Shown here: one piece after another, positions 49,503 to 63,163 of the stretch
How the letters are laid out: every line of letters starts with the position of its first letter
How positions within the stretch are numbered: the first letter of the stretch is position 1
Assembly: GCA_013265495.1 (NCBI GenBank)
Contig: MU058221.1
Coordinates: 1 to 64,000, forward strand
Reading direction: 5' to 3'
DNA length: 64,000 bases
From: Vicugna vicugna
Lineage: Eukaryota
Translations under genes and position numbers: made by a program
The notes under the pieces: model-generated
Databases searched by the model: none
Told to the model about the DNA's origin: nothing
The model's input: the letters and a program-made list of their open reading frames with translations, nothing else

Positions 49503-49949
49503 CAGTGAAGGAGCCTGAAACTGGACTCTGTCTAGCTGATACTCAGCAAACACTGAGAATATTGAGGGAGCTTTTGCTTTGAGGAGCGTAACTGACAGGC
49601 CAGCCCGGCAGGGAGGCTGGCCCGTCAGTCGCAGTAGCAAAGGGAAGTGCAATTAGAGAAGCAGGAAGAGGGAGGGTCCCTGGAAATACAAAAGTGAGTC
49701 GAAAAGCTAAGCTCAGATACAGGAATCTGAGACGGTTTTTCTAGAAAAGGTGCACAAATCCATGCTTTTACCAGGGTGAAAAACTATCAAGCAGACCTGT
49801 ATCTGAAGCCTCATCTCAGACTCACCTTCTCAACAACAGTAACACTATCTACTCTGCTGAGTTGTGCTAAAGGTGTGACAGGTGGCACGCGTAAAGGGGA
49901 CTCTCCCAGATCCTGGCAAAGAGAGGCATTCAACAAACAATAGCTCGCT

Positions 49950-50122
49950 CTCATTTTCCTCTCGTCTTCCCCTCTTTCCTCCCTCCTTCCTTCTTCCTTT
50001 CCTTCCCTCTCTCCTTCCTCTCTTTCTTCCCCCTCCTCCCTCTCTCTCATTCCTCCATCCACCTGTTTCCCTGCCTCTCGCCCTCTTTCCTTCCTTTCTT
50101 TTCTCATCCCACTCTCCCTTCC
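49950..50122 (+). repeat. CT-rich low-complexity tract
   Basis: Seen directly. Confidence 0.9.
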
Positions 50123-51594
50123 CTGTGAGTGTGTGTCTGTCTTTCACACCCTACCCTCACCCCACCTACTACACAGGTTAACTTTGAAGGTGGTTACTGA
50201 ACTGAATCTTGGAAACCACTTCTCTCCCTTTAGTGTAACTAGTCCACCTGCCCTGTATTACTACACAGATCAGAAAACATTTCTTTGCCTGCAGTAGTCT
50301 CAGACATGGATTCCCAGAGAAGCCCAGTAAAAGCAAACAGAGAAAGCGAGGGTTTACTGGGTCTCACTGGATGCTGAGCGGGTGACGCAGGACTGATTTT
50401 CACAGCTGATATGATTTGTGTTGTTTCTCTGCCTTATTCTTTTACAAAAAGTCAAAACTGTAGCTCTGTTGTGGTTGCTTTTTCTCTTCTCTGCTCCAGG
50501 TCACTTCCTCGTAGCCAATGAACCACCCCTGTCTTGAGGAGATCCAGCCAGCTGTTAACTGCCTAAGCAGCAGAGTAGGGAGGGCTACTGTTGGTTGCTC
50601 TCCCTCAATAAATAAAAGCAAATGTATTGCTATATCTTGCTTCCTGCAGGGTCATTGTTTTCACAGGCAGGAAGAGGCACTATGTGGAGGTCCTGGGGCT
50701 AATTTCATTTGCACCCTTGGAAGTCAGATCATGTCCAACAGACTCTGTAGGAGAGGAAGTAACACTAGCCCAGGCCAGGTCAGCTGGCGTCCATGCAAGT
50801 GTGATCTTTTCCTGCCTGGACTTTCTTGTTGGCCCCAAAGCTTTCAATCCCTTAAGTGGAAAGAAAAACATAAAAAAGATAATAAAAAAGCTTTAAACAA
50901 AACAATGGGGCTTGTGTAGTATCAGAGAATATTCAGCACAATCTCTTCTCTGAACCCTTAAGGCATTGCAAGGATGTCCCTTCGTGGGATTCTGCCCCTC
51001 CCCAGAGAAAACCAAAGGCTCCCATTAATGCTGCTGCCCTCTGAAGTGCTGAAGAAAGCTTCCTTTCCCTTTCAGCCTGACTTTTCCATCCCCAGGAAGG
51101 AGTGCTGGAGAACCACTGTGCCTGCTCGCCTGGCTCTGGCGCATACTCCTTTGCTTGTATCTCTTTCAGCTTCCCTCCCCCTGGGCCCCGGCAGCAAGCA
51201 CCCCGGAAGCGGCCTTTCATCACTCGGCCTCATTCCCCTCTGCGCACATTTCTGCGCCTGCAGTGGGAAAGACCCGCGATCCTATGGCTTCGGCTTCAAG
51301 GACAGCTGGGTAGAAGGCCTGACACACTCTCTAATCTGGCTTTATTCCTGCTTAAGTCGATACTGTATTATGATGATTTTCTGGCTCCTTGAATCCGGAA
51401 GGGACGATGAGCACAACCAGCCTCTCCAAACTACACAGCACTTTGTGTAGCTGTATTATAATTAGTTGCATAACCATATCTTCCCCACAACAGTGAGAAA
51501 TTTGAGGAGCAAATCCACACGACTTGAGGCTTCCAGTTACCTAGCACAGTGCTTTGCTCATGGTGCCTATTTTTCAAATGTTTATTGTAAATCT

Positions 51595-51826
51595 TGACTC
51601 AAACAGCAGGAGCAACAGCAGTCATTTTGCAGCCATGAGATGACAAGCATAAAAGAAAGGCCATGAGAATCAGAGAGAAGCTGGCTCCTACATTTCTGAG
51701 TCAATGGACCAATGCTAGCAACCACCCACCTCCAGACTTCTTGTTATGTGGGTAAGATAACTTCTGTGTGTTTAGGCCACCAAGCTGAAGTTTTCTATGA
51801 TTTGCAGCCAAAACAATTCTAACTGT
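51595..51826 (+). mobile_element. MLT1-type LTR fragment
   Basis: acctccagacttcttgttatgtg...ttgcagccaaaacaattctaactg. Confidence 0.6.
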
Positions 51827-52724
51827 TAAACCATACAAAAGTGTTTGGATTTTATCCTAGATATAATGAGGATCTACTAACAGATTCTAAGAAGTAAAAA
51901 GAATTGCATCATCACACCTACATTTTAGAAAGACCGTTTCTCTATAAGACACAGATTGGAGGTTGGTAGACCATGGAAAATGCCATTATGGCAAGGCAGA
52001 CAAAACCATGAATGAGCTTGAACCAACTCAATGATAGTGGGAGTGAAGTGGAAGGGATGCATTTCAGGGACACTGAAAGGAGAAATGGACCAACCCTAAG
52101 CAATTGGATCTGAGCAGTGAAGAAGATAGATCAAAGGCCAAAAATCATATTTCTAGTGTGGGTAATGCTCTAGGTGGTACACAAAAGAAGGAGCATATTT
52201 AAACAGAAGGACAATTCCAGGCAAGGCTGAATTTGAAATACATATGGCACAGCTAAGTGGTAATGTTCAGGGCATTTAGATACTCAGCTAGGAAGGTCAG
52301 AAAAGAGTAGGGCGATGTTAATTTTATATATATATATTTATATATATATAATTTTAATTTCAATAAAATAGCATTACGTATTACAAAAGTAGTATCAATG
52401 AAGTATAAAATACTTAAAAATACTTAAAAATATAGCTAAGCAAAAGAGAATTAAAAATTCACAGACACATATTCATACATATCTCAGCATCCAGATATAG
52501 TTTGGAGTAAAATGTGGTTACATATACATATGAATACATACACATAAATGGGATTATACTGCATATACTGTGTGGCAACAGGGTTTGTTTACTTAACAAC
52601 ACATCATAAACATTTTTGTACTTCAATTAATATTCACATATTTATATATATATTTTTTTACTATTATAAACAGTTCTGAAATAAATTATCTTCATAGTAA
52701 AATTTTGGCCCATTTTCCTAATAT

Positions 52725-54280
52725 GGAGCTGGGGAATCATGCTCCCTGACTTCAGACCGTACTACAGAGCTACAGTAATCAAAGCAGTGTGGTACTGACA
52801 AAAAACAGACACATAGATCAATGGAACAGGATAGAAAGTCCAGAAGGAAACCCATGCACTTATGGTCAATTAATTTATGACAAAGGAGGCAAGAATATAC
52901 AATGGGGAAAACACATTCTCTTCAATAAGTGGTGCTTGGAAAACTGGACAGCTACCCGTAGAAGACTGCAATTAGAACATTCTCTAACAACATATACAAA
53001 AATAAACTCAAAATGGATTAAAGACCTAAATGTAAGACCAGATACTATAAAACTCCTAGAGGAAAACATAGGCAGAACACTTGTGGACATAAATCACAGC
53101 AATATATGTTTTGAACCAGCTCTGGGAGCAATGGAAATAAAAGCAAAAATAAACAAATGGGATCTAATTAGACTTAAAAGCTTTTGCGCAGCTAAGAACA
53201 CCATCAACAAAACAAAAAGACAACCTACAGAATGGGAGAAAATATTTGCAAATGATGCGACCAACAAGGGACTAATTTCCAAAATATACAAACAACTTAT
53301 ACACCTTAATATCAAAGAAATAGGCAATCCAATCAAAAAATGGGCTGAAGACCGAAACAAACATTTCTCCAATGAAGACATACAAATGGCCAATGGCACA
53401 TGAAAAAACACTCAGCATTGCTAACTGTCAGAGAAATATAGATCAAAACTACCATGAGATGTCACCTCACAGCAGCCAGAATGGCCATCATTAAAAAGTC
53501 TGCAAATGATAGATGCTGTAGAGGGTGTGGAGAAAAGAGAACCCTCCTACACTGCTGGCAAGAATGCAGTTTGGTGCAGCCACTGTGGAAAACAGCATGG
53601 CGATTCTTCAAAAGACTAGGAACAGACTTACCATATGATCCAGTAATCCCACTCCTGGGCATATATCCAGAAGGAACCCTACTTCAAAAAGACACCTTCA
53701 CCCCAGTGTTCATAGCAGCACTATTTACAATAGTCAAGACATGGAAACAACCCAAATGTCCATCAACAGATGACTGGATAAAGATGTGGTACATATATAC
53801 AATGGAACACTACTCAGTCATAAAAAAGATTAAAATAATGCCACTTGCAGCAACTTGGATGGACCACAAGATCATCACTCTAAGTGAAGTGGGCTAGAAA
53901 GAGAAAGAAAAATGCCATGTGATATCACTTATATGTGGAATCTAAAAAAATAAAAAAATTAGGACACAAATGAACTACTTATTATTTATAACTTAGATGA
54001 TTGATTTCTTGAATATGTATAATCACATTTGACTGTCCTTTATGATTGGATCACCACATTCTGTGGATTCTTATTTTGTGATTGGCTTTATTCCTTTGAT
54101 AACTATGTAAGTTTAAAAAGCTAAAGCTCTAATCTGTTCTTAGAAACAATGGTCAACACATATATGTAAACTAAAAAAAATGCAGTGTATTATATATGTG
54201 TATTTACATGTAATATAATGTGTATGTGCAGTCAAACTGCAATAATCCTACCTAATACACCTGAAAAAGGGAAAAAAAAA
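52725..54280 (+). mobile_element. Relatively young 5'-truncated L1 (ORF2 C-terminus plus 3'UTR)
   Basis: ORFs 52789-53403 and 53454-53897 give near-canonical ORF2 ([33 protein letters not shown]), followed by a 3'UTR and A tail. Confidence 0.93.
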
Positions 54281-55416
54281 GATCATAAAACAAATGATAA
54301 ACACCAGGACACTCAGTTAGTTCATTCAGTGACCACAACTGAGGCTCATGCTGGCCAAAATGGAAAGCCACCAGGTACTTCCTGTGCCAAGTCAAGCTCC
54401 AAAGCCCACTAGCCTGTTTGCTCTTACCCGAGATATTTCCCTTCAACAGCTTATTTGCAACTTTCATGTGAAGCCTTGGAAACTCCAGACCCTCCCTGCC
54501 ACATCTCACTTCATTTTGGGGGTGTCTTCACTATAGAGTTGAGGGATCAGCATGTGAAAACATGATACCAGAGTTTCAAACATCTCTTTTCCAGACCCAG
54601 TGTCCTTTCTCCCCGGAATAGTCACTATTCTGCTTGAACGAGCAGAACGGAGACTCCTCTGGTGTGTGGGTGCACAGGTAAGAAGGCCCCAGGCACTGAA
54701 CTTCCCTGGGGAAGTAGGGAGTTGACTGATGACTTGAGCCTTTGCTGATCTGAGAAGGAAGAACCCTGGACTCGAGGCATGTGAAGACGACATGCTGCAT
54801 CTTGTCAACCACAGAGGAGCCAACCAAACTCTTAAGAAGTCTTCCTTCCTAAAATCAGGTTGCATGTCATGCAAGATGCTTTCTCAGAAGAAGCTATGAG
54901 CTTCCTTTATCCTCAATCCTCGCTCAGATTTGCCATTTTAAGTAGAAATAACAAATTTTGCATCTGCACTCTGAAGTCACCACATCCTGACTAGAGAACT
55001 AGAAAGTAAAATCAGTCCCAGGGGAAATCTAATCAGAACCTCAGTCTCTTCCGTTTTATAACCAGAAACATCAGGCAAAGTGAAACAAAGCAAAAGCAAA
55101 CTACCAAAAACTGTAAACTCACTCAAGCAGCAGAAAATTAGTTTAGTCATTCAAACCACTGAGCATTTTCATGTTTTTTATTAATTTCGGTTTTATTGAG
55201 GTATATTTTCATGCATTTTTAAATTACTCCGTTTATATGTACAGTACTTGTTCTCAGGAAACGATGTTGAGGATAAAGTCAGCCATCATCCTAAAAGAAT
55301 ACAAGTTTGAACCAAGGGAGGGGCAGCTATCACATTCTCCCAAACTCAGATACTTTCTGTCTCCATGTCTCCCAGAAAGTTATCAGACACCTCACACAGC
55401 CCCCTAGGCACAGACT

Positions 55417-55418
<2 letters not shown>

Positions 55419-55468
<50 letters not shown>
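55419..55468 (+). repeat. (CA)n microsatellite, ~25 units, in the EVA1A intron
   Basis: Perfect AC run. Confidence 0.97.
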
Positions 55469-55470
<2 letters not shown>

Positions 55471-55850
55471 CCAGGGTGGGGCTGAGAACCACAGCACAGA
55501 AATAATCAGGCTAAGGACCCTCCATTGTGGCTTTTCATATCACAGTTAAACGCTTAATGACAGAGCCAACAGCAGCCCCAGGCTACTTCACTCACTCACT
55601 TAAGCCCAAAAGAAAACCAAACATTTTCAGCAAGACAAAGCATTAGAACCCCGCACTTGCCAAATTAGAGAATGCCAAGCTTAACTTTCAAACCACAGAC
55701 TTTTCATCTCAAAACTCAGTAACACGGAGCCCCTCCACTATGACTGCACAGCACTTCTCTCCTGGGTATGAGGCCAGGGATGGCCACCCAGGAGATGGCT
55801 CTGCCCAGCCCCAGGCTTCAGCCCTGGCCCAGCCGAGACTGGACAGCTAC

Positions 55851-55896
55851 CTGAGACAACGGAATAGGCTGCTAGGATGCTGCTGAGCAAAGCCAT
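55851..55896 (-). CDS. EVA1A: EVA1A first coding exon, coding part (whole exon ~55851-56022)
   Basis: ATG GCT TTG CTC AGC AGC ATC CTA GCA GCC TAT TCC GTT GTC TCA G|gtagct = MALLSSILAAYSVVS. Phase 1 matches the next exon, giving 138 aa spliced. Acceptor ...gttcccgaacag at 56023. Confidence 0.93.
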
Positions 55897-57899
55897 GTCC
55901 ACGTGCTCCGGGATCACCAGCTCCGTGCTGTGGCAGATGGGCAGCCTTGATGCGGCATCCGGAGAAGGCCTCCTGGAGATGCTTCGGCTGGATCAAGGTG
56001 GCCACCCTCCCTCTCTTCTCCTCTGTTCGGGAACACAAAGTGAGTGATGAGAACATGTCCTGATTTCCTGAGGCTGTGTTCCAGTAGCCTGGGCTCAAGA
56101 ACAAAAGCCAGTTCCCTAAATGCCAGCCAACCTTCCCAACTAGGGGACTGCAAAGATCTGGGATCTTACTCTCTTTGCTCCGCAAGGAAGTGACAACTCC
56201 TTAAAGCTGTTTTTCCTGGCCTTTCTCCTTTCTCTTGCCCATCTTCTCCCAACGTCCCATTTTGACACTTCTCTCCCTCACCTTCCCTTGATACTTTTTA
56301 TTTCATTCTGCCTGGTTTTCCTGTAAGGAGCAGCCCATCATCCCTTTATTCTTGCATTTTAACCCCAAGCCACAGCCTGCTCTTCACCTGGCCCTGCTTT
56401 TCCCTGTACTGATGGCACTTGTGTACCTTAATCAGCTTGCCTCATCCCACATATCTCCACATGTGCATCCTTGGCAGTGGCTCAGAGCTGGCTATTCCAG
56501 AACTGCCAGCGTGGTTCCAGTTCTAAAATGTCCCAAGACCTTGGGAGCTCAAGCCTGCTCCCTGCCTCCAGCTCCATGACTCCACCTGTGACCCTGGGAC
56601 TGTGTGATAACACATGCTCTGTCGCTGTCTGCCCATCAAAGGAACTGTATCCCCAGGGTTCAGAACAGGAACTCAGGGTCTCAGTTGTCGGGGGTTTGGC
56701 CTCTGGCTGGAGGAGCACATTCTTTCTCCAACTGCTGTCGCTCGGACCCAGCATTATCATCACCCAGTTCATTCAGTGAAGCCCTCAGAGAGCTGAGGAT
56801 TTCAGGTGGCAAAGATCTTGATGGCTCCTATTCAGTGCCACTCTCGCTGGAGACAGGGGACTGAATCACAGGGTATGGAGGGGTGTCAGGCTGGCGAAAG
56901 CCAAAGAAGCAGAGGCTCCCGTCCTTGCAGAAGAAAGAGGTTCTCAGGTGGGCCACAGACACTGGTAACATGGATCACACTGAGACGGCTTGAAGGGCTG
57001 CAGTGCCACAGGTGGCCGGAACGGGTCCCAGCAGATAAGACAACTCTCACTTTGGTGGATTCCAATGGGCCTAGGGGAGACCAAAGCAAGGGAAGAAGAC
57101 CAACCCACAGGTAAGACAGAAATGAGCACACGGTCTCCGGCGGAGCCAGAGGCCCAGAAAGTGGCAGGATGAGGAGTGGGAGCTCGGGGCCTCTGAGAAG
57201 GGGCTAGCTCCTGTGACGGACCTGGCACCTCCGGGCCAGAGTATAGGTTCCCTCAACGGCCACTTGAGTTCCCAAAAGGTGACAAGTAGATGATACAGGT
57301 GAAGAGTTGGAGCCACCATGCTGAGTTCAGAGACTGTTCTGTAGGTATGAGGATTTCAGGACCCAGGAAGAAAGTGAAGCCACTGGAATATTTGGGTGAG
57401 CAGTGGGACAACGCTGTTCCAGGCACATCCCCTCTTATCTACCCCCACTAACCCACCACAGTGCAAGTCTGGGAGTTTTCCAACAGTCTCCAATCTGACG
57501 CTTCTGCCAGAACCTCTTCCTATTCAGTTTAGCACCCACTCTCACCAACAGGGTTATCTTTATAAAGTGCCAATCTGACCACTTCACTCCACAGTCCAAC
57601 ACTTCAACTAATCTTCATTAAAATTCTTAACACAACACACATTCACTTCCACAATATCTGACCTCTGTTTTAGCTCCTAATTCATCTCCTACCCAAGTCC
57701 ACACACATACACATATACATACGCACAGAGATACAAGTACGCCTAATGCTCCAACAATACCAAATTACTTTTAGTTCCCAAATACACTAAGCTCTTTTAT
57801 CTTTTCATGCTTTTGGTTGTACCCTTCCTTTTGCCTAAATGCTCCTCTTCCTCTTATCTGTCTGACTAATGTTTCCTTTAAAAGAGAATTCAGAAGTTC

Positions 57900-60490
57900 C
57901 ACGGTAGTCTCAAAATCCCAAGGGCTTTTTTCCAGAAATAGAAAAATCCATATTAAAACCCATACGGAATATCAAGCAGTACAAATAGCCAAATAATCTT
58001 AATTTAAAAAAAAAAGTTAGAAGTCACACTTCTTAACTTCAAAACTTACTACAAAGCTACAGTAATCAAAACAGTATAGTACTTGCATAAAGACAGGTAT
58101 ACAGATAAAATAGAATAAAATAGAAATCACAGAAATAAAACCTTATATACACGGTTAAATGATTTTCAACAAGGGTGCCAAGACCATTCAGTTTGGAAAG
58201 GAGAGTCTTGTTGAGAAAACTGGATATTCACATACAAAAGAATGAGGCTGAACCCTTACCTTACATCATATTAAAAAAAATTAACTAAAAATGGGTTAAA
58301 GACCTAAATGGAAGAGCTAAAACTATACAACTATTAGAATAAAACATAGGAGAAAAGTCTTGTGACACTGGATTTGGCAATAATTTATTGGATATAACAC
58401 CAAAATCAAAAGCAACAAAATAAAAATAGATAAGCTGGGCTACATTAAAACTTTAAACTTCTGTGCATCAAAGGAGACAACCAAAAGAGTTACAAGGCAA
58501 CCCATGGAATGGGAGAAAATATTTGCAAATCATATATCCAATGAGGGGTTAATATTCAGATTATATAAAGAACTCATTCAATTCAACAACAAAAAACACA
58601 AAACACAAATGGGCAAAGGACTTGAATAGATATTTTTCCAAAGAAGAGTTATAAATGGCCAATAACTGAGTAAGCACATGAAGAGATGCTCAATATCACT
58701 AATAATTAGAGACTAAAATAAAAAAACACCACAAAGCTCATACAACTCAATAACAAACAAACAACCCAATCAAAAAATGGGCAGAAGACCTAAACAAACA
58801 TTTCTCCAATGACGACATACAAACGGCCAATAGGCACATGAAAAAAGGCTCAATATTGCTAATTATCAGAAAAATGCAAATCACAACTACAATGAAGTTC
58901 ACCTCACATCAGTCAGAATGGCCATGATTAAAAAGTCCCAAAATGATACATGCTGGAGAGGGTGTGGAGAAAAGGGAACCCTCTTACACTGCCGGTAGGA
59001 ATGTAGTTTGGTGCAGCCACTGTGGAAAACAGTATGGAGATTCCTCAAAAAACTAAAAACAGACTCACCATATGATCACGCAATCTCACTCCCAGGCATA
59101 TATCTAGAGAGAACTCTAATTTGAAAAGATACATGCATCCCAATGTTCATAGCAGCACTATATACAATAGCCAAGACATGGAAGGGAAGCAACCTAAATG
59201 TCCATTGGCAGATGATATATATATAAAATGGAATTATATTATTTATATACATAGGAATACTATTCAGCCATAAAAAGGAATAAAATAATGCCATTTGCAG
59301 CAATATGGATAGTCTGAGAGATTGTTATACTAATTGAAGTAAGCCAGAAAAAGAAAGAAAAACACCATATGATATCACTTATATGTAAAATCTAAAAAAA
59401 AAGAAAAGGTATAAATGAACTTCTTTACAAAACAGAAACAGATTCACAAGCATAGAAAACAAACTTGTGGTTACCAGGAAGAAAGGGGGTAGGGATGGAT
59501 AAATTGGGAGCTCAGGATATACTAACTACTATGTATAAAATAAATAACAAGTTTATACTGTATAGCACAAGGAACTATATTCAATAGCTTGTAATATTGT
59601 AATATGTAATATTACAATATGTAAATAATGAAAAAGAATATAAAAAATAATATATATGTATAACTGAATCATTATGCTGTACACCAGAAATTAACATAAC
59701 ATTGTAAATCAACTATACTTCAATTAAAAAAAAAACAAGAAAAGATACCACCCCTCATCCATTAGGATGGCTACTACCAAAAAAACAGAACATAACAACT
59801 GCTGAGGAGGATTTGGAGAGGAACCCGTGTACGGTTGGTGGGAAGGTAAAGTTGTGGTAGAGGTACTATGGAAAACAGTATGGCATTTCCTCAAAAAATT
59901 AAAAATAGAATTACTATATGATCCTGCAAGTCCACCTCGGTCTGTATCCAGAACTGAAAGCAGTGACTCAAACAGATATTTATACAGCAGTTATGAAGAA
60001 GCATTACTTGCAGCAGTCTAAAGATGGAATCAAACTGCCCCTACACAGATGAATGGATAGACAAAAATGTGGTGTATGCCTCTGATGGAACACTACTCAC
60101 AGTCTTAAAAAGGAATGAAATTCTGATGCATGCTACAAGGTGGAATAACCTTGGGGACATTATACTAAGTGAAATCAGCCAGTCACAAAAGAACACACAT
60201 GGTACGATTCCACTTACGTGAGGCTCCTACAGCAGCCGACTTCACAGAGACAGGACGCAGAACGGTGGCTGTCGGGGGTGGGAGAAGGGAGGAATGGGAA
60301 GTTACTATTTAATGGGTACAGAGTACAAAGTTTCAGTTTTGCAAGGTTGAAAGTGCTCTGGGCGTGCATGGTGGTGATGGTTGCACAACAAAGTAAATGT
60401 ACTTGATACCACTGATCTGTCCACTTAAAAATGGCTAAAACGGCAAATTTTGTGTATATTTTACCACAATTTAAAACATTAACAATAATA
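57900..60490 (+). mobile_element. Old L1 3' part with a younger L1 nested at ~58730-59735
   Basis: The old ORF2 breaks after attagaga... and resumes at agataccacccctcatccattaggatggct, after the younger element's A tail. Confidence 0.85.
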
Positions 60491-60624
60491 ATAAAAGTAT
60501 AAAGTGTTGATGAGGCACAGCAATGAATTTAAAAGGTTACGACCTTCAGAGAATCCTGTAATCAAATACTGATTTTCACTTTACAGGAACGGTAGCAGAA
60601 TTATGGGATATTAAAATTGAAGCC

Positions 60625-60960
60625 AAAATGCTCTATGATATCATTTATATGTAGAATCTAAAAAATACAATGAACTAGCGAATATAACAAAAAAGAAGCA
60701 GATTCACAGATACAGAGAAGAAACTAGTGGTTACCCGTGTGGAGAGGAAAGGGGGGAGGAGCCACACAGGAGTAAGGAATTAAGAAGCACCAACTATTGC
60801 GTACAAAGTAAGCTACAAGGACATATGGTACAAGGGAACAGAACTGATACTTTACAATAACTACAGATGGAGAATAACCTTTAAAAATTGTGAACCCTTA
60901 TATTGTACATCTGTAATTTATATAATACTGTACATCAACTACACTTCAATAAAAAATTAA
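60625..60960 (+). mobile_element. L1 3'UTR fragment
   Basis: atgatatcatttatatgtagaatctaaaaaa...catcaactacacttcaataaaaaa. Confidence 0.8.
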
Positions 60961-61821
60961 AGTCAACAGAATTCTTATTTATATCACACTATGAATATGG
61001 CTTAATTTTAAGTAAAAGATATTACCTCACTTATAAAAAAAGAATGTAAATAATTGTAATCTATCACACTGATAGATTAAGAAGAAAAAGATATCACATC
61101 AATGGATGCAAAAATGGGTTTGTGTCAAATTTAATAAAGAGTCATGATTTAAAAAAATAAAATAAAAAAAGTTCTAATGCAGTAAAGCTCCAAATCTTTC
61201 AGACTCTTTTCCTGGCCAACAAAGTATTCAAATATTCTTCTAATATTGCACGTACAATAGTGTAACTGGAATTCCTGGTGAACGTGTTTGTCTCCTGGAC
61301 GGATGAGGCATCTTACAAATCCTTGTTACCCCGGTACCTAGCACAGTGCCTGTACGACTGAATCACTGTCTTGCACACCAGGAATTAACACAACATGGTA
61401 AATCAGCTGCACTTCAGTTAAAACCTCTGATGAAAAGAGGCTCTCAGCAAACAAAAGGAGCGATTAGGCATGAGCTTTGTATGCATGAGTAAGTCTCCCA
61501 GGGTATTTCTGAACAGACCCTTGAGCGAGCCACTTGGAAGACTAAAAGGACAGCGGAGCTGACTGGCTCTGGTGATGAGCAGGGGTACTTCCTCAGGACT
61601 ACGAGAAGACCACACACAAGATGGAAGCTTAACTATGGCACAGAAATTCTTTCTGCAAGTCTTTTCATGCCTCTGGCGCTAATGGAAGGGTTGTAGGGGC
61701 CAGAGGCAAAAGAAAGAGGGGAAAAGAAGGCATGCTATGGGCTAGGACAGACAACTGCTGGGTGGGCCACCCTGGAGTGACTAGGAAGCCCCTCTGTGGT
61801 CCATTTGGCACAAGTCACCAC

Positions 61822-62210
61822 ACAGCAGGGGTCAGTAACCTTCACACCCTTACCATAAAAGGGCTCTGCAGGGTACGTACACGCTGTTTTAGCCACGCAG
61901 CCTTGCAGTTGTGGTGTCAAAGCCACCACCACCAAGATACTAATGAACACGTGCGGCTGCGTCACAATAAAACTTCACTTTCACAAACAGGTTGTTGGAC
62001 CCAATTTGGCCCTGGGACCATATATAGTTTGCACTCCTCTGGTCTAGAGTCTTCTACTCAAAGTATGGTCCAAAGACCAGCAGGATCCTCGGATCACTTG
62101 GGAGCGCGTTAGGGCCATCTTGGGCACCCAGGCCTTGGGAATCAAGCTCTTCACTTTATATAAGATGCCCAACAGAGTCTGCAGATGCTCTGCTGGAAGT
62201 CTGTGAGCCC
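61822..62210. mobile_element. hAT-Charlie MITE remnants (MER58-like then MER5-like)
   Basis: caggggtcagtaacc...caataaaacttc...atagtttgcactcctctggtctaga; actcaaagtatggtcc. Confidence 0.55.
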
Positions 62211-62673
62211 CTTTAGCCGAGCACTCAGATACTGTAACAGCACAGGCCTAGAAGGAGTTTCACTTAATGCCTCCTGTGTGAATCTGATCTGGGGTAGGAG
62301 AGCCAGTACTTAGCAGCCAGCCACACAGTCAGTTCTGTAAGCGATGAAAGAGCACCTTAGTGAGGACACTGAGACAGAGGGCAGGACTCGGCACAGGAGA
62401 GTCTGCTCAGGGCAGCTGCTCAAGAGTGACTAGGAAGCCCCTCTGTGGTCCATGTGGCACGAGTCACTGAAGAGCAGGGGTCAGCACACCTAAACATCCT
62501 CACTAATGAGACAAGGTCTGCAGAAGCTAGATAAGTGATCACTCCCAGAGCCAAACTCTACTCCCAAGCCCTCTGCCTGGGCCCTTTCTTAACAGAGACG
62601 GAGCAAATCCAGGCAGCTCTGCACCGCCCACTGGTGATTCTCCCTGTAATTAAAACATTTCCGCGCCTCCTAC

Positions 62674-63163
62674 TGTGATGGTTAGTTTTATGAGTCAACT
62701 TGACTGGCCACGGGATGTCCAGATTAAACATTATTTCCAGGTATGTCTGTGAAGGTGTTTCCAGATGAGATCCGCATTTGAATTGGTGGACTCACTAAAG
62801 CAGGTTGCCCTCCCCCCAGGATGGAGAGGCTTTACGCAATCCACTGAGAGCCTGAATAGAACAGAAGGAGGAGGAAGTAAGAAGTCTCCTCTTTTTCCCT
62901 GATTCACCACTGAGCTGGAGCATCTCCTCCAGTCTCGTCTTCTCTGGCCCTCAGACTGGGATTTACGCCACTGGCTCTCCTGGTTTTCGGGCCTTTGGGC
63001 TTGGACTAAACCACACCCCTGGAGAGGCTTTCTGCGCCTCCAGGCTGCCGATGGCAGATATTGGGACTTCTCAGCCTCCATGATTGTGTGAGCCGAGTCT
63101 TCATAATAAATCTACTGTTATACATGCACAGTTCTGTTTCTTTGGAGAACCCTGACTAACACA
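62674..63163 (+). mobile_element. MLT2 (ERVL) solo LTR
   Basis: tgtgatggttagttttatgagtcaacttgactggccac...ggagaaccctgactaacaca. Confidence 0.9.

Noticed and set aside
52789..53897. Active L1 or domesticated ORF2 gene
   Set aside because: 5'-truncated, no endonuclease or RT domain, frameshift near 53400.
56340..57400. Cluster of short ORFs suggesting a processed pseudogene
   Set aside because: No recognisable protein, poly(A) tail or target-site duplication.
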